A stretch of DNA of 63,183 nucleotides, filler included, from Octopus bimaculoides (Eukaryota): the NCBI RefSeq assembly GCF_001194135.2. It is 6 parts of 6 records of this genome, joined end to end, with 100 filler letters (N's around TTAATTAATTAA, not from the genome) between each part and the next. Parts side by side here need not be neighbours in the genome. Positions count along the whole stretch, not along the records: positions 1 to 31,383 come from NC_068988.1; 5 more parts are not named here. One strand, 5' to 3'. Under the pieces are notes generated by a model that saw nothing but the letters and a program-made list of their open reading frames with translations, made no database searches and was not told the origin of the DNA. This document shows, piece by piece, positions 12,620 to 25,562 of the stretch; position 1 is the first letter of the stretch, and every line of letters begins with the position of its first letter. Both the position numbers and the translations under genes were made by a program.

Positions 12620-13984
12620 CNNNNNNNNNNNNNNNNNNNNNNNNNNNNNNNNNNNNNNNNNNNNNNNNNNNNNNNNNNNNNNNNNNNNNNNNNNNNNNNN
12701 NNNNNNNNNNNNNNNNNNNNNNNNNNNNNNNNNNNNNNNNNNNNNNNNNNNNNNNNNNNNNNNNNNNNNNNNNNNNNNNNNNNNNNNNNNNNNNNNNNNN
12801 NNNNNNNNNNNNNNNNNNNNNNNNNNNNNNNNNNNNNNNNNNNNNNNNNNNNNNNNNNNNNNNNNNNNNNNNNNNNNNNNNNNNNNNNNNNNNNNNNNNN
12901 NNNNNNNNNNNNNNNNNNNNNNNNNNNNNNNNNNNNNNNNNNNNNNNNNNNNNNNNNNNNNNNNNNNNNNNNNNNNNNNNNNNNNNNNNNNNNNNNNNNN
13001 NNNNNNNNNNNNNNNNNNNNNNNNNNNNNNNNNNNNNNNNNNNNNNNNNNNNNNNNNNNNNNNNNNNNNNNNNNNNNNNNNNNNNNNNNNNNNNNNNNNN
13101 NNNNNNNNNNNNNNNNNNNNNNNNNNNNNNNNNNNNNNNNNNNNNNNNNNNNNNNNNNNNNNNNNNNNNNNNNNNNNNNNNNNNNNNNNNNNNNNNNNNN
13201 NNNNNNNNNNNNNNNNNNNNNNNNNNNNNNNNNNNNNNNNNNNNNNNNNNNNNNNNNNNNNNNNNNNNNNNNNNNNNNNNNNNNNNNNNNNNNNNNNNNN
13301 NNNNNNNNNNNNNNNNNNNNNNNNNNNNNNNNNNNNNNNNNNNNNTTATTATTATTATTATTATTATTATACATACAAGGTGCGAGGGTTATTTGAGGGC
13401 TTTTCGTTTTTAGTTCATTACACCTTCAAATTATTTGGTTTTTTTTTTTTCCAGATAACCCTTTCAAGATATCATGCTAACTGAAGAAATGAAAAGACAT
13501 GCACTCATGGTTGCTATACATGCATATCATAGTGATTTAGACCGTCGAAGAGAGTCAGATCACGTTGGTGTAACAATAATATGACCATCAATCATACGGT
13601 ATTTTATAGTTCTGTGACCGTACTTGATTCCGTAAACTTGTTTTCTGTCCAAGCAGTATGTTTAACCAATGTATTAGACATTATTCTATATGGCTCCATC
13701 GTTACACAAACAGTCTATGAAGAAAGATATTTTGAAATTTTTCAAAGCTGCTAATCTACCATATTAATCTAAAACTTTAGTTTAAACCTTCTCTTCTTTG
13801 TTGAAAAAACATTTTCCACACTCCTGCCTACTTTTGTTATACATTTGCCCTCACAGCAGTAACAACGTCCACCTTGCTCATTCACTCCAAAATACTTCAC
13901 CAATATCTTTATTCTCTCACGCGTGAACCCATCTCACCTCACATATTCTTTCACATCACCTACCTAGTGATTACAGTGATGTGA

Positions 13985-14205
13985 ACTCTGAACCATGAGG
14001 ACACACCGACGCTTCCAAACTCAAAGTATTTGCAAAAAAAAAAAAGAAAGAAAGCGAAAATGAAACGTGTTAACGAAACGTATTGGGGATCAACTGGACA
14101 GACCATCGGACAAGGGCGTTAATACTTGAGAAAATGAAAAGGAAAAGAAAAATTTAGCCGAATGCCATGAAGAGAAAGCCGCACTATTTGTGCTTGTCAA
14201 CAGGG
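13985..14205 (+). mobile_element. RTE-type LINE C-terminal fragment (decayed)
   Basis: Frameshifted pieces ...SKLKVF / RNVLGINWTDHRTRALILEKMKRKRKI*PNAMKRKPHY resemble the RTE motif RRxLGIxWxDxxTN...KRKLxYFGH. Confidence 0.55.
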
Positions 14206-14376
14206 CCCAAAACCTCACCACTCACATCGTACGCAAACTTTCTTCCAAATGGTTCGTGTCATTCACTGTTCTCTTTTTACAAGATGGTCTTCATATAATT
14301 AATAAATTTTATCTTAAGAAAATCTTTCTTCAAATATTGTTGACTGTTTTAAGTACTTCCTGCAATTTTTTCTAAA

Positions 14377-14476
<100 letters not shown>

Positions 14477-15231
14477 GGTGGTGGTGGTACTTACTGTTCC
14501 TGGCGGCAAATTTCAGCGTACGATGCTTGCACAGCCTACAAATTACAAGCAGAACGAATTTTATTGAAAGTTAGAATTTTCTACGAGTTTATAAGATTTA
14601 AGAACCATTTTTATTTATTCCACACCAAAAGTAATGCAATGAAAATCTATCACATTTGCTCATAGTGTTTCATATACATTCACCTATGCATGCATAAACA
14701 CACACACAAACACACACATATATATATATGTATACACATATATGTATATATAGGTACATACCACTGTTTATTGTGCTGTATCGTCTAGATTTAATGCGTG
14801 CAACTAATGGTGGCGACGTGGAAGTGTTCATCTAACTGAACTGGAAATTCTATCTCCTGATAAAGGAAGCCGGTCTAACGGTAATATTTCTATGCTACCA
14901 TTTACTGGTTGCATATCCATAACATTACGCATTCTATCTGCTGATCACAATTATTACGTATCTCCGAGCTTCCAGGAACAGCTGTCAAGTTAAAAAAAAA
15001 CCTGTGTGTGTGAGTGTGTGAGTGTGTGCGTGTGTATGTGTTTGCCTGTGTGTCCAAATATTGAAACAAACTATAAATTGCAGCTTCATCCAAGTATCAT
15101 ATTTGTATTGATTCTTATTTGTGGAATAACGAATAGAAGATCTTATACATGTTTTTCTACACGTATAAATACCTACCATGATTTTTTAAATATTTATAGT
15201 ATTGCCATTGGTATTTATAGTAAGGACGGCG

Positions 15232-15982
15232 AGGATGGTGACCTGACAGTATCGCTAGCACGCCGGGTGAAATGCTTGGCGGTAGTTCATCTGTCTACAC
15301 GTCCTGGGTTCAAATTCTACCGAGGTCGGCTTTGCCTTTCATCCTTTCGGGATCGATAAATTAAGTACCATTGAAACACTGGGGGTCAATATAATCAACT
15401 ACTTCCCTTCTCGCAAATTTCAGGCTTTGTGCTTCTATTACAAAAAATATTAATAGTAAGGTGAAAGCTGGCAGAATCGTTACTGCAGCGGGCAAAATGC
15501 CAAGCGGCACTTCGTCCTTCTTTATTCCGGGGTCAATTAAATAAGTACCAGTTGAGAACTAGGGTAACTGTAATCGACTTACTAAACTGATCCGAAATTG
15601 CTGCTCATGTGCCAAAATGTGAAACCAATATTAATAGTCAGGCGGAGAATTGGCAGAATTGTTAGAATACCGGACCAAAAGCTTAGCGGCGTTTCGTCCG
15701 TCTTTACGTTATGAGTCCAAATTCCGCCAAGGTCGATAAATCAAGTATCAGCTGACCGCTGCGCTCGATGCAATTGACTTCCCCGGAAACCAGAGTTGTT
15801 AGAATATCGGACAAAATGCTTTGCTGTGTTTCGTCCGTCTTTACGTTCTGAGTCCAAATTTCGCCAAGGTCGGCTTTCAAGAATGATAAATCAAATACCA
15901 GCTGACCGCTGCGCACGATGTAATTGATTTCCCTGGAAACCAGATTTGCTGGCCTTGTGCCAAAATAAAAGAATATTAATAG
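15232..15982 (+). mobile_element. Cluster of four head-to-tail SINE family A copies
   Basis: Repeated heads (ctggcagaatcgtta), B box gttcaaattc and core gcctttcatcctttcgggatcgataaattaagtacc (resembles the Nin/Deu SINE domain); three units end in aatattaatag. Confidence 0.85.
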
Positions 15983-16693
15983 TGAATTCTCAACTGCCCT
16001 CTTCCTTAATAGTTCATCCCTTTTGCTTATAGCAGAAGTAGTGAGGAATATTAATTGTAGCGAGTTGTAAAATCTTTAAAAGAGATACCAGTAGTAATAA
16101 TACTAAATATTAAGGTTTGTTGCCACTGCAGCATGGCTGCTCCATACAAAACTACGTTACTACATTTTAACCCCAGAAAAACATCTTTTTCGGTTGGTTA
16201 ACGACACATAGCCTGTGTCTGATGTATTACGAGTAAGGAAACGAACCACTCCCCTACAGCATGGCAAGGCCAGTAGACCAGTCTGGTTTCTAGGTTTCTA
16301 CCCGTCCTCAGCACTAGACACCTGCCTGCTAGAGATGGCAGTCGTTCATCCTCATTCGTTATATAAACAAAAAAGCGACAACCAGTCGCTGATCTTGCAA
16401 CAAGATGAAGTAGTGAATTCTAAAGTCTCTAAAAGAGATTCCATTAGTACTGATACTAAAGAGTAATATTTGATGCCATTTCAGCGTGGTTGTTCCATAT
16501 TAATAACTATATTCAAAATGTATTTTGTATATTTTAATAAAACACGTGTAAGATGGAATTAAACATATACCAAACTTGTACATTATTAACATTATTTACT
16601 TTTGATGTATATTTGTCCTCATCTTGTTTGTTGTTAACACAATGTTTCGAACCTGAGCTCTCATTCCTAAGATATTTTTCGATGGTGTTGTCA

Positions 16694-16694
<1 letters not shown>

Positions 16695-16749
<55 letters not shown>

Positions 16750-17075
16750 GTTGTTGTTGTTGTTCAGGTAAGTGCTTGGAATCGAACTCATCATCCCTCC
16801 ATCATCATTATCCTCGCCTCCTCTTCATTATCATCGTCATCACCATCTTCAAAGCTTCTTCTGTTCCTCCACTCTTCTCCTCCATCATCATCATCCTCAT
16901 CATTGAAATCTTCATCAATGCCCGCCCGTGACCCTTCTCCTCCTGTAGTGCTTCTTCTTCCGCCTCTTCCTCCTTCATCTCTACATCGTCATCATCGCCA
17001 ATGTCATCATCACTGTCATCATCATCATCTCCAAAACCAACACCACTACCATCAATCACCCGCTTCGCTATCATC

Positions 17076-17108
<33 letters not shown>

Positions 17109-17251
17109 GCTATCATCATCATCATCGGCCTCTTCGACGTCGTCGTCATCGTCGCCATCATCGTCATCGTCATCATCATCATTATCATCATCATCATCAT
17201 CATCATCATCACTACACCATTCTATCACCAGTAATGGTAGTAGTAGTAGTG

Positions 17252-17303
<52 letters not shown>

Positions 17304-17329
17304 CAGCATTAGTACCAGTAGTGATAGTG

Positions 17330-17369
<40 letters not shown>

Positions 17370-17444
17370 CAGCAGTAGTAATAGTAATGATAATGGCAGT
17401 AAGTAGTAGTAGTAGTAGCAGCAGCATTAGTAATAGTAATGATG

Positions 17445-17490
<46 letters not shown>
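16695..17490. repeat. (ATT)n, (CAT)n and (AGT)n compound microsatellites
   Basis: Directly visible. Confidence 0.95.
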
Positions 17491-17492
<2 letters not shown>

Positions 17493-17998
17493 AACCCAGT
17501 GAGGCCTTCAAAGCCGAAGAAAAGCAATGACAATAGTGGGAGATTAGATTTTGACAGTGTTGCACTCTTACAGCACAAATGCCTTCATATTGACAGCATA
17601 ATTACACCATTCTTTGGGGGGAGGTAGGGGCTGGAGCGGCTTGTTGAAGGGGCGGTAGCAGCAGCAGCGGCAGCGGTAGTAGTAGGAGGAGGAGGAAGAG
17701 TAGGTAGTGGTGGTGGCGGCGGTGCTGCTGCTTGGTGGTTGTAGTGGCGTTTCGTTTGTCTTGGTGCAGAGGAAATGTTCGAGCTTAAGAATGGTGGCGA
17801 TGGTTTTACTGAGGCTAGTAGTGGCGGTAGTGGTGGCNNNNNNNNNNNNNNNNNNNNNNNNNNNNNNNNNNNNNNNNNNNNNNNNNNNNNNNNNNNNNNN
17901 NNNNNNNNNNNNNNNNNNNNNNNNNNNNNNNNNNNNNNNNNNNNNNNGGTGGTGGTGGTGGTAGTGCTGGTTATGTGGTGGTAGTGGTGGTGGTGATG

Positions 17999-18030
<32 letters not shown>

Positions 18031-18044
18031 GATGGTGGTGGTGG

Positions 18045-18086
<42 letters not shown>

Positions 18087-18127
18087 CGACGACGACGACG
18101 GCGACGATCATGACGATGATGATGGTA

Positions 18128-18455
18128 CCAGACTTTTAATAGCACTGTCTTACATGAACTCATATACGGAAGTTAGACGTGGTTTACAACGAAGAATGGA
18201 GAAAATCGCTTGACTACGATGCAAAGGGCTATAGAAAGAGCGATGCAAGGAATATCATTGCGAGTCTATATCCGAAAATTCGGGAACAGAGGGAAGCGAA
18301 TGACCAAATCGCAGAATATCGAAAGCATAAGTTCCGCTTGGCTGGACAGGGCTGGACATGTCACAAGGGTCACAGAAAACGGGTGGACCCGTGTTTTTGC
18401 TGAGTGATATCCAAGGGATTGGAAAACACCGCTTGGAAGGCCCCCACAACGGTGA
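18128..18455 (+). mobile_element. RTE-clade LINE RT C-terminal region (decayed)
   Basis: FNSTVLHELIYGS*TW...LTTMQRAIERAMQGISLR...AGHVTRVTENGWTRVFAE*YPRDWK...GRPPQR* matches the RTE YGxETW, WAGHVxR and GRPxxRW motifs. Confidence 0.9.
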
Positions 18456-18464
18456 TAAAATGAT

Positions 18465-19022
18465 TCTCATTTATTCGACCCCGAACGGATGAAATGCAAT
18501 GTCGACCTCGGCGGAATTTGAACTCAGAACGTAAAGACAGACATGCCGCTAAGCATTTCACCTGGTGTGCTAACGTTTCTTATTTCTTTATTGCCCATAG
18601 GGAACAAACAAGGACAGACAAAAGGATTAAGTCGATTATATCGATCACAGTGCGTAACTGGTACTTATCAAATCGACCCCGAAAGGATGAAAGGCAAAGT
18701 CGACCTCGGCAGAATTTGAACTCAGAACGTAACAGCAGACGAAATACCGTTAAGCATTTCGCCCGGCGTGCTAACGTTTATGCCAGTTCGCCGCCTTACA
18801 CCAAAGCGATATTCATTTCTTTATTACCCACAGGGGGCTAAACATAGAGGGGAAAGCATTGACAGACAAAGGGATTAAGTGGATTACATCGACCCTAGTG
18901 CCTAACTGGTACTTATTTAAATCGACCTCGAAAGGATGAAATACAAAGTCAACCTCAACGGACTTTGAACTCAGAAAGTAAACACAGACGAAATACTGCA
19001 AAGCATTTCGCCCAGCGTGCAA
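18465..19022 (-). mobile_element. Three tandem SINE family A copies with an alternative tail
   Basis: Each contains gtcgacctcggcggaatttgaactcagaacgtaa; two share the tail atttctttatt(g/a)ccca...acagacaaa(a/g)ggattaagt. Confidence 0.85.
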
Positions 19023-19882
19023 CATTGACAACGAATAAACAGTAAACATTTCATGTCCTCCACTTACATACATATCAATGGTTCTGTGTTTCTTTGGTCG
19101 ATTTCTCTTTTCCATACTCTTATGTTTTCCCTTTGCTAATTTAAAATGTTTTAATACGAACTTCCTTGTCGTTCTGTTATTCTACTCCTCTGAAATATGT
19201 AACACTTTATTGTATTATGGGTGTATAGACGTGTGTTTCTGGCTTCCAATTTTCGTATTTCGCAGATTTTGTCTTTTCTGATAGAGCCGTTAGTTACGTT
19301 GTTGCATTTGCAGTTTCTGCTTTGCTTTACATATATTGTGTTATCAATTGAATCACCATAGCGACACCAACTCCTCGTGAAAAGGTGATGACTTGATAAT
19401 GAATGTTTGTTTACACAACACACACGAGCGCACGCACACACGCACGCATACATACTCACTCTCAAATGCACACATACACACACATACGTATATGTGATAT
19501 TTATGGATTATCGGGCGTTTCTTTTTCTCTTTCAAATGAACGCTCATGATATGTGTTGTTTTTTTAAAGCGCAGACAGTATTGGAAATGTGTGTGTGTAT
19601 AATATATATATATATANNNNNNNNNNNNNNNNNNNNNNNNNNNNNNNNNNNNNNNNNNNNNNNNNNNNNNNNNNNNNNNNNNNNNNNNNNNNNNNNNNNN
19701 NNNNNNNNNNNNNNNNNNNNNNNNNNNNNNNNNNNNNNNNNNNNNNNNNNNNNNNNNNNNNNNNNNNNNNNNNNNNNNNNNNNNNNNNNNNNNNNNNNNN
19801 NNNNNNNNNNNNNNNNNNNNNNNNNNNNNNNNNNNNNNNNNNNNNNNNNNNNNNNNNNTATTTATATATATATATATATATG

Positions 19883-20020
19883 TGAGGGGTTGCTGAAGAG
19901 CTGCTGGCTTTAAGGGTCTCGCAAGATGTCTGTCTGGAGGCCTAAATTTCCGAATTCTTTTACAGGGTTAGACAAACTGAAGAACCACTGAGAGGGGTAT
20001 ATGTGGAATAAAATCATAAA
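19883..20020 (+). mobile_element. Mariner-derived MITE, partial
   Basis: Begins with the TIR variant tgaggggttgctgaagagctgctggcttt after (TA)n; homologous in the opposite orientation to 48530-48749; ends in a mariner-like ...RGxYVE* C-terminal remnant. Confidence 0.7.
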
Positions 20021-20024
20021 TAAC

Positions 20025-20610
20025 TGAAATGCTTAGCGGTATTTCGCCAATCTTAACGTTCTGAGTTCAAATTCCGCCGAGGTCAACTTTGCCTTTCATA
20101 CTTTTGGGGTCGATAGATTAAATACCAGTGAAATACTGGGATCGATGTAATCGACCCATCCCCTCCCTCAAAAGTGCTGCCCCTGTGTAAAAATTTGAAA
20201 CCATTATTGTTATTGTTGGCACGCTGGACGAAATGCTTAGCGGCATTTCGTATGTTGTTACGTTGTGAGTTCAAATTCCGCCGAGGTCCACTTTGCTTTT
20301 CATCCTTTCGGGGGTCGATAAATTAAGTACCAGTTGAGTACTGGGGATGATGTGATCTACTGTCCCCTTCCTCACAAAATCTAGGCCTTGTACCTATAAT
20401 AGTATGGATTATTATTATCATTATTAAGGTGGCGAGCTGGTAGAATCGTTAGCACACCGGGCGTTCAAATTCTGCCGAGGTCGACTTTAGTTTTCATCCT
20501 TTCGGGGTCGATAAGATAAGTACCAGTTGAACACTGGGTCGATGTAATCGACTTAACCCCTCCCCCAAAATAGCTGCTCTTGTGGCAAAATTTGAAACCG
20601 TTATTATGAT
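20025..20610 (+). mobile_element. Three tandem SINE family A copies
   Basis: Repeated gagttcaaattccgccgaggtc...cttttcggggtcgata...aagtaccagtt...aaatttgaaacc units. Confidence 0.9.
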
Positions 20611-20734
20611 CATTTTTATGATAATTACTATTACCATTATAGGGTTTACCGCAACTCGTCTCATTGACGGAGCTACTCTCCAGGATCGAGCGTGGACCAA
20701 GAAAGGGCTCTCGACACCTGGAGTGTCGGCCAGG

Positions 20735-20995
20735 TGGTGGTGTTGGTGTTGATGGTGGCGGTGGTGGTAGTGGCGGCAGCAGCAGTAGTAGTAATAGTAG
20801 TAGTAGTAGTGGTGGTGGTGGTGGTGGTGGTGGTGGTAGTGGTGGTGGTGGTAGTAGTAGTGGCAGCAGTAGTAGTGGCAGTAGTAGAAGACTACTTCTA
20901 CTAGTAATAGTAGTAGTAGTAGTAGTAGAAGTAGTAGTAGTAGTAGTGGTGATGGTGGTGGTGGTAGTAGTAATAGTGGCAGCAGCAGCAGTAGC

Positions 20996-21031
<36 letters not shown>

Positions 21032-21827
21032 NNNNNNNNNNNNNNNNNNNNNNNNNNNNNNNNNNNNNNNNNNNNNNNNNNNNNNNNNNNNNNNNNNNNN
21101 NNNNNNNNNNNNNNNNNNNNNNNNNNNNNNNNNNNNNNNNNNNNNNNNNNNNNNNNNNNNNNNNNNNNNNNNNNNNNNNNNNNNNNNNNNNNNNNNNNNN
21201 NNNNNNNNNNNNNNNNNNNNNNNNNNNNNNNNNNNNNNNNNNNNNNNNNNNNNNNNNNNNNNNNNNNNNNNNNNNNNNNNNNNNNNNNNNNNNNNNNNNN
21301 NNNNNNNNNNNNNNNNNNNNNNNNNNNNNNNNNNNNNNNNNNNNNNNNNNNNNNNNNNNNNNNNNNNNNNNNNNNNNNNNNNNNNNNNNNNNNNNNNNNN
21401 NNNNNNNNNNNNNNNNNNNNNNNNNNNNNNNNNNNNNNNNNNNNNNNNNNNNNNNNNNNNNNNNNNNNNNNNNNNNNNNNNNNNNNNNNNNNNNNNNNNN
21501 NNNNNNNNNNNNNNNNNNNNNNNNNNNNNNNNNNNNNNNNNNNNNNNNNNNNNNNNNNNNNNNNNNNNNNNNNNNNNNNNNNNNNNNNNNNNNNNNNNNN
21601 NNNNNNNNNNNNNNNNNNNNNNNNNNNNNNNNNNNNNNNNNNNNNNNNNNNNNNNNNNNNNNNNNNNNNNNNNNNNNNNNNNNNNNNNNNNNNNNNNNNG
21701 TGGCAGCAATACTAGTAGTAGTAGTGGCAGCAGTAGTAGTAGTAGTAGTAGTAGTAGTAGAAGTAGTAGTAGTAGTAGTGGTGATGGTGGTGGTGGTAGT
21801 AGTAATAGTGGCAGCAGCAGCAGTAGC

Positions 21828-21871
<44 letters not shown>

Positions 21872-23390
21872 TAGTAGTAGTAGTAGTAGTAGCGTCCACG
21901 CGAGCAGTGTTTATGCTCGTGTTATGTATCAGTGTACAATCCAGTTGAAGAAAGTCGCTTCCCCTGTTCGAATCCTGTTAATTAGAAGCTGCACCCGCCC
22001 CGCCCCCTCTACCTACTCACTTCATGGTGCTTGTCATCAACGATTGATAGTTTGATTAATTAATTAATTATATTTAAAGGCTAATTGAACTTTCAATGAA
22101 TTTGTTAGTGTAGCTGCCAGCGCTGGATTTAGTGGTCTTGTTGTTGTTGCTGCTGCTGCTGTTGTTGTTGCTGTTGTTGTTGTTGTTGCTGTTGTTAATG
22201 ATAATGGTGGTGATGATGGCGATTGCAGTGATTGGGATAATGATGATGACGATGATGATGATGATGATGATGATGACGATGATGATGAAGATGATGATGA
22301 TGATGATGATGACGATGATGATGATNNNNNNNNNNNNNNNNNNNNNNNNNNNNNNNNNNNNNNNNNNNNNNNNNNNNNNNNNNNNNNNNNNNNNNNNNNN
22401 NNNNNNNNNNNNNNNNNNNNNNNNNNNNNNNNNNNNNNNNNNNNNNNNNNNNNNNNNNNNNNNNNNNNNNNNNNNNNNNNNNNNNNNNNNNNNNNNNNNN
22501 NNNNNNNNNNNNNNNNNNNNNNNNNNNNNNNNNNNNNNNNNNNNNNNNNNNNNNNNNNNNNNNNNNNNNNNNNNNNNNNNNNNNNNNNNNNNNNNNNNNN
22601 NNNNNNNNNNNNNNNNNNNNNNNNNNNNNNNNNNNNNNNNNNNNNNNNNNNNNNNNNNNNNNNNNNNNNNNNNNNNNNNNNNNNNNNNNNNNNNNNNNNN
22701 NNNNNNNNNNNNNNNNNNNNNNNNNNNNNNNNNNNNNNNNNNNNNNNNNNNNNNNNNNNNNNNNNNNNNNNNNNNNNNNNNNNNNNNNNNNNNNNNNNNN
22801 NNNNNNNNNNNNNNNNNNNNNNNNNNNNNNNNNNNNNNNNNNNNNNNNNNNNNNNNNNNNNNNNNNNNNNNNNNNNNNNNNNNNNNNNNNNNNNNNNNNN
22901 NNNNNNNNNNNNNNNNNNNNNNNNNNNNNNNNNNNNNNNNNNNNNNNNNNNNNNNNNNNNNNNNNNNNNNNNNNNNNNNNNNNNNNNNNNNNNNNNNNNN
23001 NNNNNNNNNNNNNNNNNNNNNNNNNNNNNNNNNNNNNNNNNNNNNNNNNNNNNNNNNNNNNNNNNNNNNNNNNNNNNNNNNNNNNNNNNNNNNNNNNNNN
23101 NNNNNNNNNNNNNNNNNNNNNNNNNNNNNNNNNNNNNNNNNNNNNNNNNNNNNNNNNNNNNNNNNNNNNNNNNNNNNNNNNNNNNNNNNNGGTGGTGATG
23201 ATGATGATGAGGCGGCGGTGTAGGAGGAGGAGGCGGAGGAGGGGGAGGAGGGGGCGGAGGAGGAGGATATGGGTGGAGTTGCGAGATGGTAGTAATGGCA
23301 GTGGAACCGATAGTGCCGACGGGGTAATGGCATTGTAGGCGGTCTCAGATATGCTTGGTGGTGGTGGTGGTAGAGACGACGATAACGGTA

Positions 23391-23446
<56 letters not shown>

Positions 23447-23451
23447 AGTGG

Positions 23452-23482
<31 letters not shown>

Positions 23483-23500
23483 GGTGGTGGCGGCGTCGGC
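20735..23500. repeat. (GGT/AGT/GAT/GTT)n microsatellite field with two assembly gaps
   Basis: Directly visible; interrupted by a unique island at 21893-22135. Confidence 0.95.
21893..22135. promoter_or_regulatory. Candidate cis-regulatory or first-exon island
   Basis: Tandem GC boxes (cccgccccgcccc ~21994-22006), ATCAAC/ATTGAT near-palindrome and a TAAT run; on the minus strand gcaccATGAA|gtgagt (ATG 22025-22023, donor 22020). Motif-level evidence only. Confidence 0.25.
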
Positions 23501-23653
23501 CTCGTTGATGGTTGACAATGAATGGTATATTGACGTGTTTAGAAACTAGCTATAAGGTCTGAGATCTGCCCTGGACCTGAACTATTAGCCTCTGTATTGC
23601 TAGTTAACTAGACACCTCTCGCATATCTTGACTTCGCCAGTAATTTAGTTCGT

Positions 23654-23691
<38 letters not shown>

Positions 23692-24021
23692 CCATACTTA
23701 GAGACTCGCACACAAACACTCATGTCATGACACACACACACGTACACACACCAAGTACAGTCGTAGAAGTATAGAACTATGTTACGCCTTACATATTACG
23801 TTTTATAAAACACATATACACAATCACACACGCATATGCTCATGTACACACATACACACATACATGTCTGTATACATACATACACAGACGCAAACACACA
23901 CACACACACACACATATATACATGGAAAATGAAGCCAGAGAGAACATGTGGGTGTCAGCATGTATGTATGTGTAAACGTTTTATATACGTACATAGACAT
24001 ACATGCATATAAGTAGTTGTG

Positions 24022-24063
<42 letters not shown>

Positions 24064-24811
24064 NNNNNNNNNNNNNNNNNNNNNNNNNNNNNNNNNNNNN
24101 NNNNNNNNNNNNNNNNNNNNNNNNNNNNNNNNNNNNNNNNNNNNNNNNNNNNNNNNNNNNNNNNNNNNNNNNNNNNNNNNNNNNNNNNNNNNNNNNNNNN
24201 NNNNNNNNNNNNNNNNNNNNNNNNNNNNNNNNNNNNNNNNNNNNNNNNNNNNNNNNNNNNNNNNNNNNNNNNNNNNNNNNNNNNNNNNNNNNNNNNNNNN
24301 NNNNNNNNNNNNNNNNNNNNNNNNNNNNNNNNNNNNNNNNNNNNNNNNNNNNNNNNNNNNNNNNNNNNNNNNNNNNNNNNNNNNNNNNNNNNNNNNNNNN
24401 NNNNNNNNNNNNNNNNNNNNNNNNNNNNNNNNNNNNNNNNNNNNNNNNNNNNNNNNNNNNNNNNNNNNNNNNNNNNNNNNNNNNNNNNNNNNNNNNNNNN
24501 NNNNNNNNNNNNNNNNNNNNNNNNNNNNNNNNNNNNNNNNNNNNNNNNNNNNNNNNNNNNNNNNNNNNNNNNNNNNNNNNNNNNNNNNNNNNNNNNNNNN
24601 NNNNNNNNNNNNNNNNNNNNNNNNNNNNNNNNNNNNNNNNNNNNNNNNNNNNNNNNNNNNNNNNNNNNNNNNNNNNNNNNNNNNNNNNNNNNNNNNNNNN
24701 NNNNNNNNNNTTTAATGAACGATTGTCACTAGTTTAGAAATTAACAGTTTAATTGCTACAACATCCAGATCCTGAGTTGCACACTTGATTGTCTGTCTAT
24801 CTATCTATCTG

Positions 24812-24871
<60 letters not shown>

Positions 24872-24959
24872 ACTAATTATATAACTAATTATCTATCCAT
24901 CTATTTGTTAGTCTCTCTGCTGGTTACTCACTGTGTTTCTATCCCTTCTGGCTAAAATG

Positions 24960-25035
24960 CGCAACCCTTCGACGGGCCGGCGATCCGTCTAGTAGGGAAT
25001 ATATCAGCCACGAAAACCGGGAAACTGGGAAAACG
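24960..25035 (+). mobile_element. SINE family C core fragment
   Basis: cgacgggccggcgatccgtctag...gaaaaccgggaaactggg matches the reverse complement of 4690-4755. Confidence 0.55.
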
Positions 25036-25454
25036 GCCGAATGAATCTATATGGTTCGGAAATAAGCAGTATCTTCATCTTTAATATCCTGATATCCCTT
25101 TCGTCGCTACGGATGTTGCGATCGTATTGATTTGCTCTTCCTGGCGCATCTATGAATGGAGAAGGAACTAAACACTTGCTTCTAGAAACAGTCAAGGAAC
25201 CGCAGAGGTGGTCAATTTACTATCTCTCTAATAATGTCGACCAGCAACGATAAAGATCAACCATTCATGTTTTCATATCTCCCTCAGTTCAACTGTGATT
25301 CTGATCAAATGAGCCGACATAAAATGACATGAGTTTTAACCATGATCATCCATCTTTTTCTACGCGTTGTGTATCTACAAATTTATTGGTTTCAAATTTT
25401 GACATCAGACATATTTAGACATAATTTTGACATCAGACATAATTTTGACATATT

Positions 25455-25562
25455 TAGTGGGGAGGAGGCTAGTTGATTACATCGCCCCCAGTGTTCAACT
25501 GGTACTTATTTTATAGATCCCGTAATGATAAAAGACAAAGTCATCCTCTGCGGAATTTGAAT
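25455..25562 (-). mobile_element. SINE family A fragment
   Basis: gattacatcgcccccagtgttcaactggtacttatttt...caaagtcatcctctgcggaatttgaa. Confidence 0.65.

Noticed and set aside
20895-21895. Identical ~120-bp microsatellite pattern on both sides of the 21032-21699 gap
   Set aside because: Most likely an unmerged contig overlap or allelic duplication.
25395-25460. Short local tandem duplications (also 3583-3611, 48845-48885, 52284-52335)
   Set aside because: Ordinary replication-slippage products of 2-3 units.
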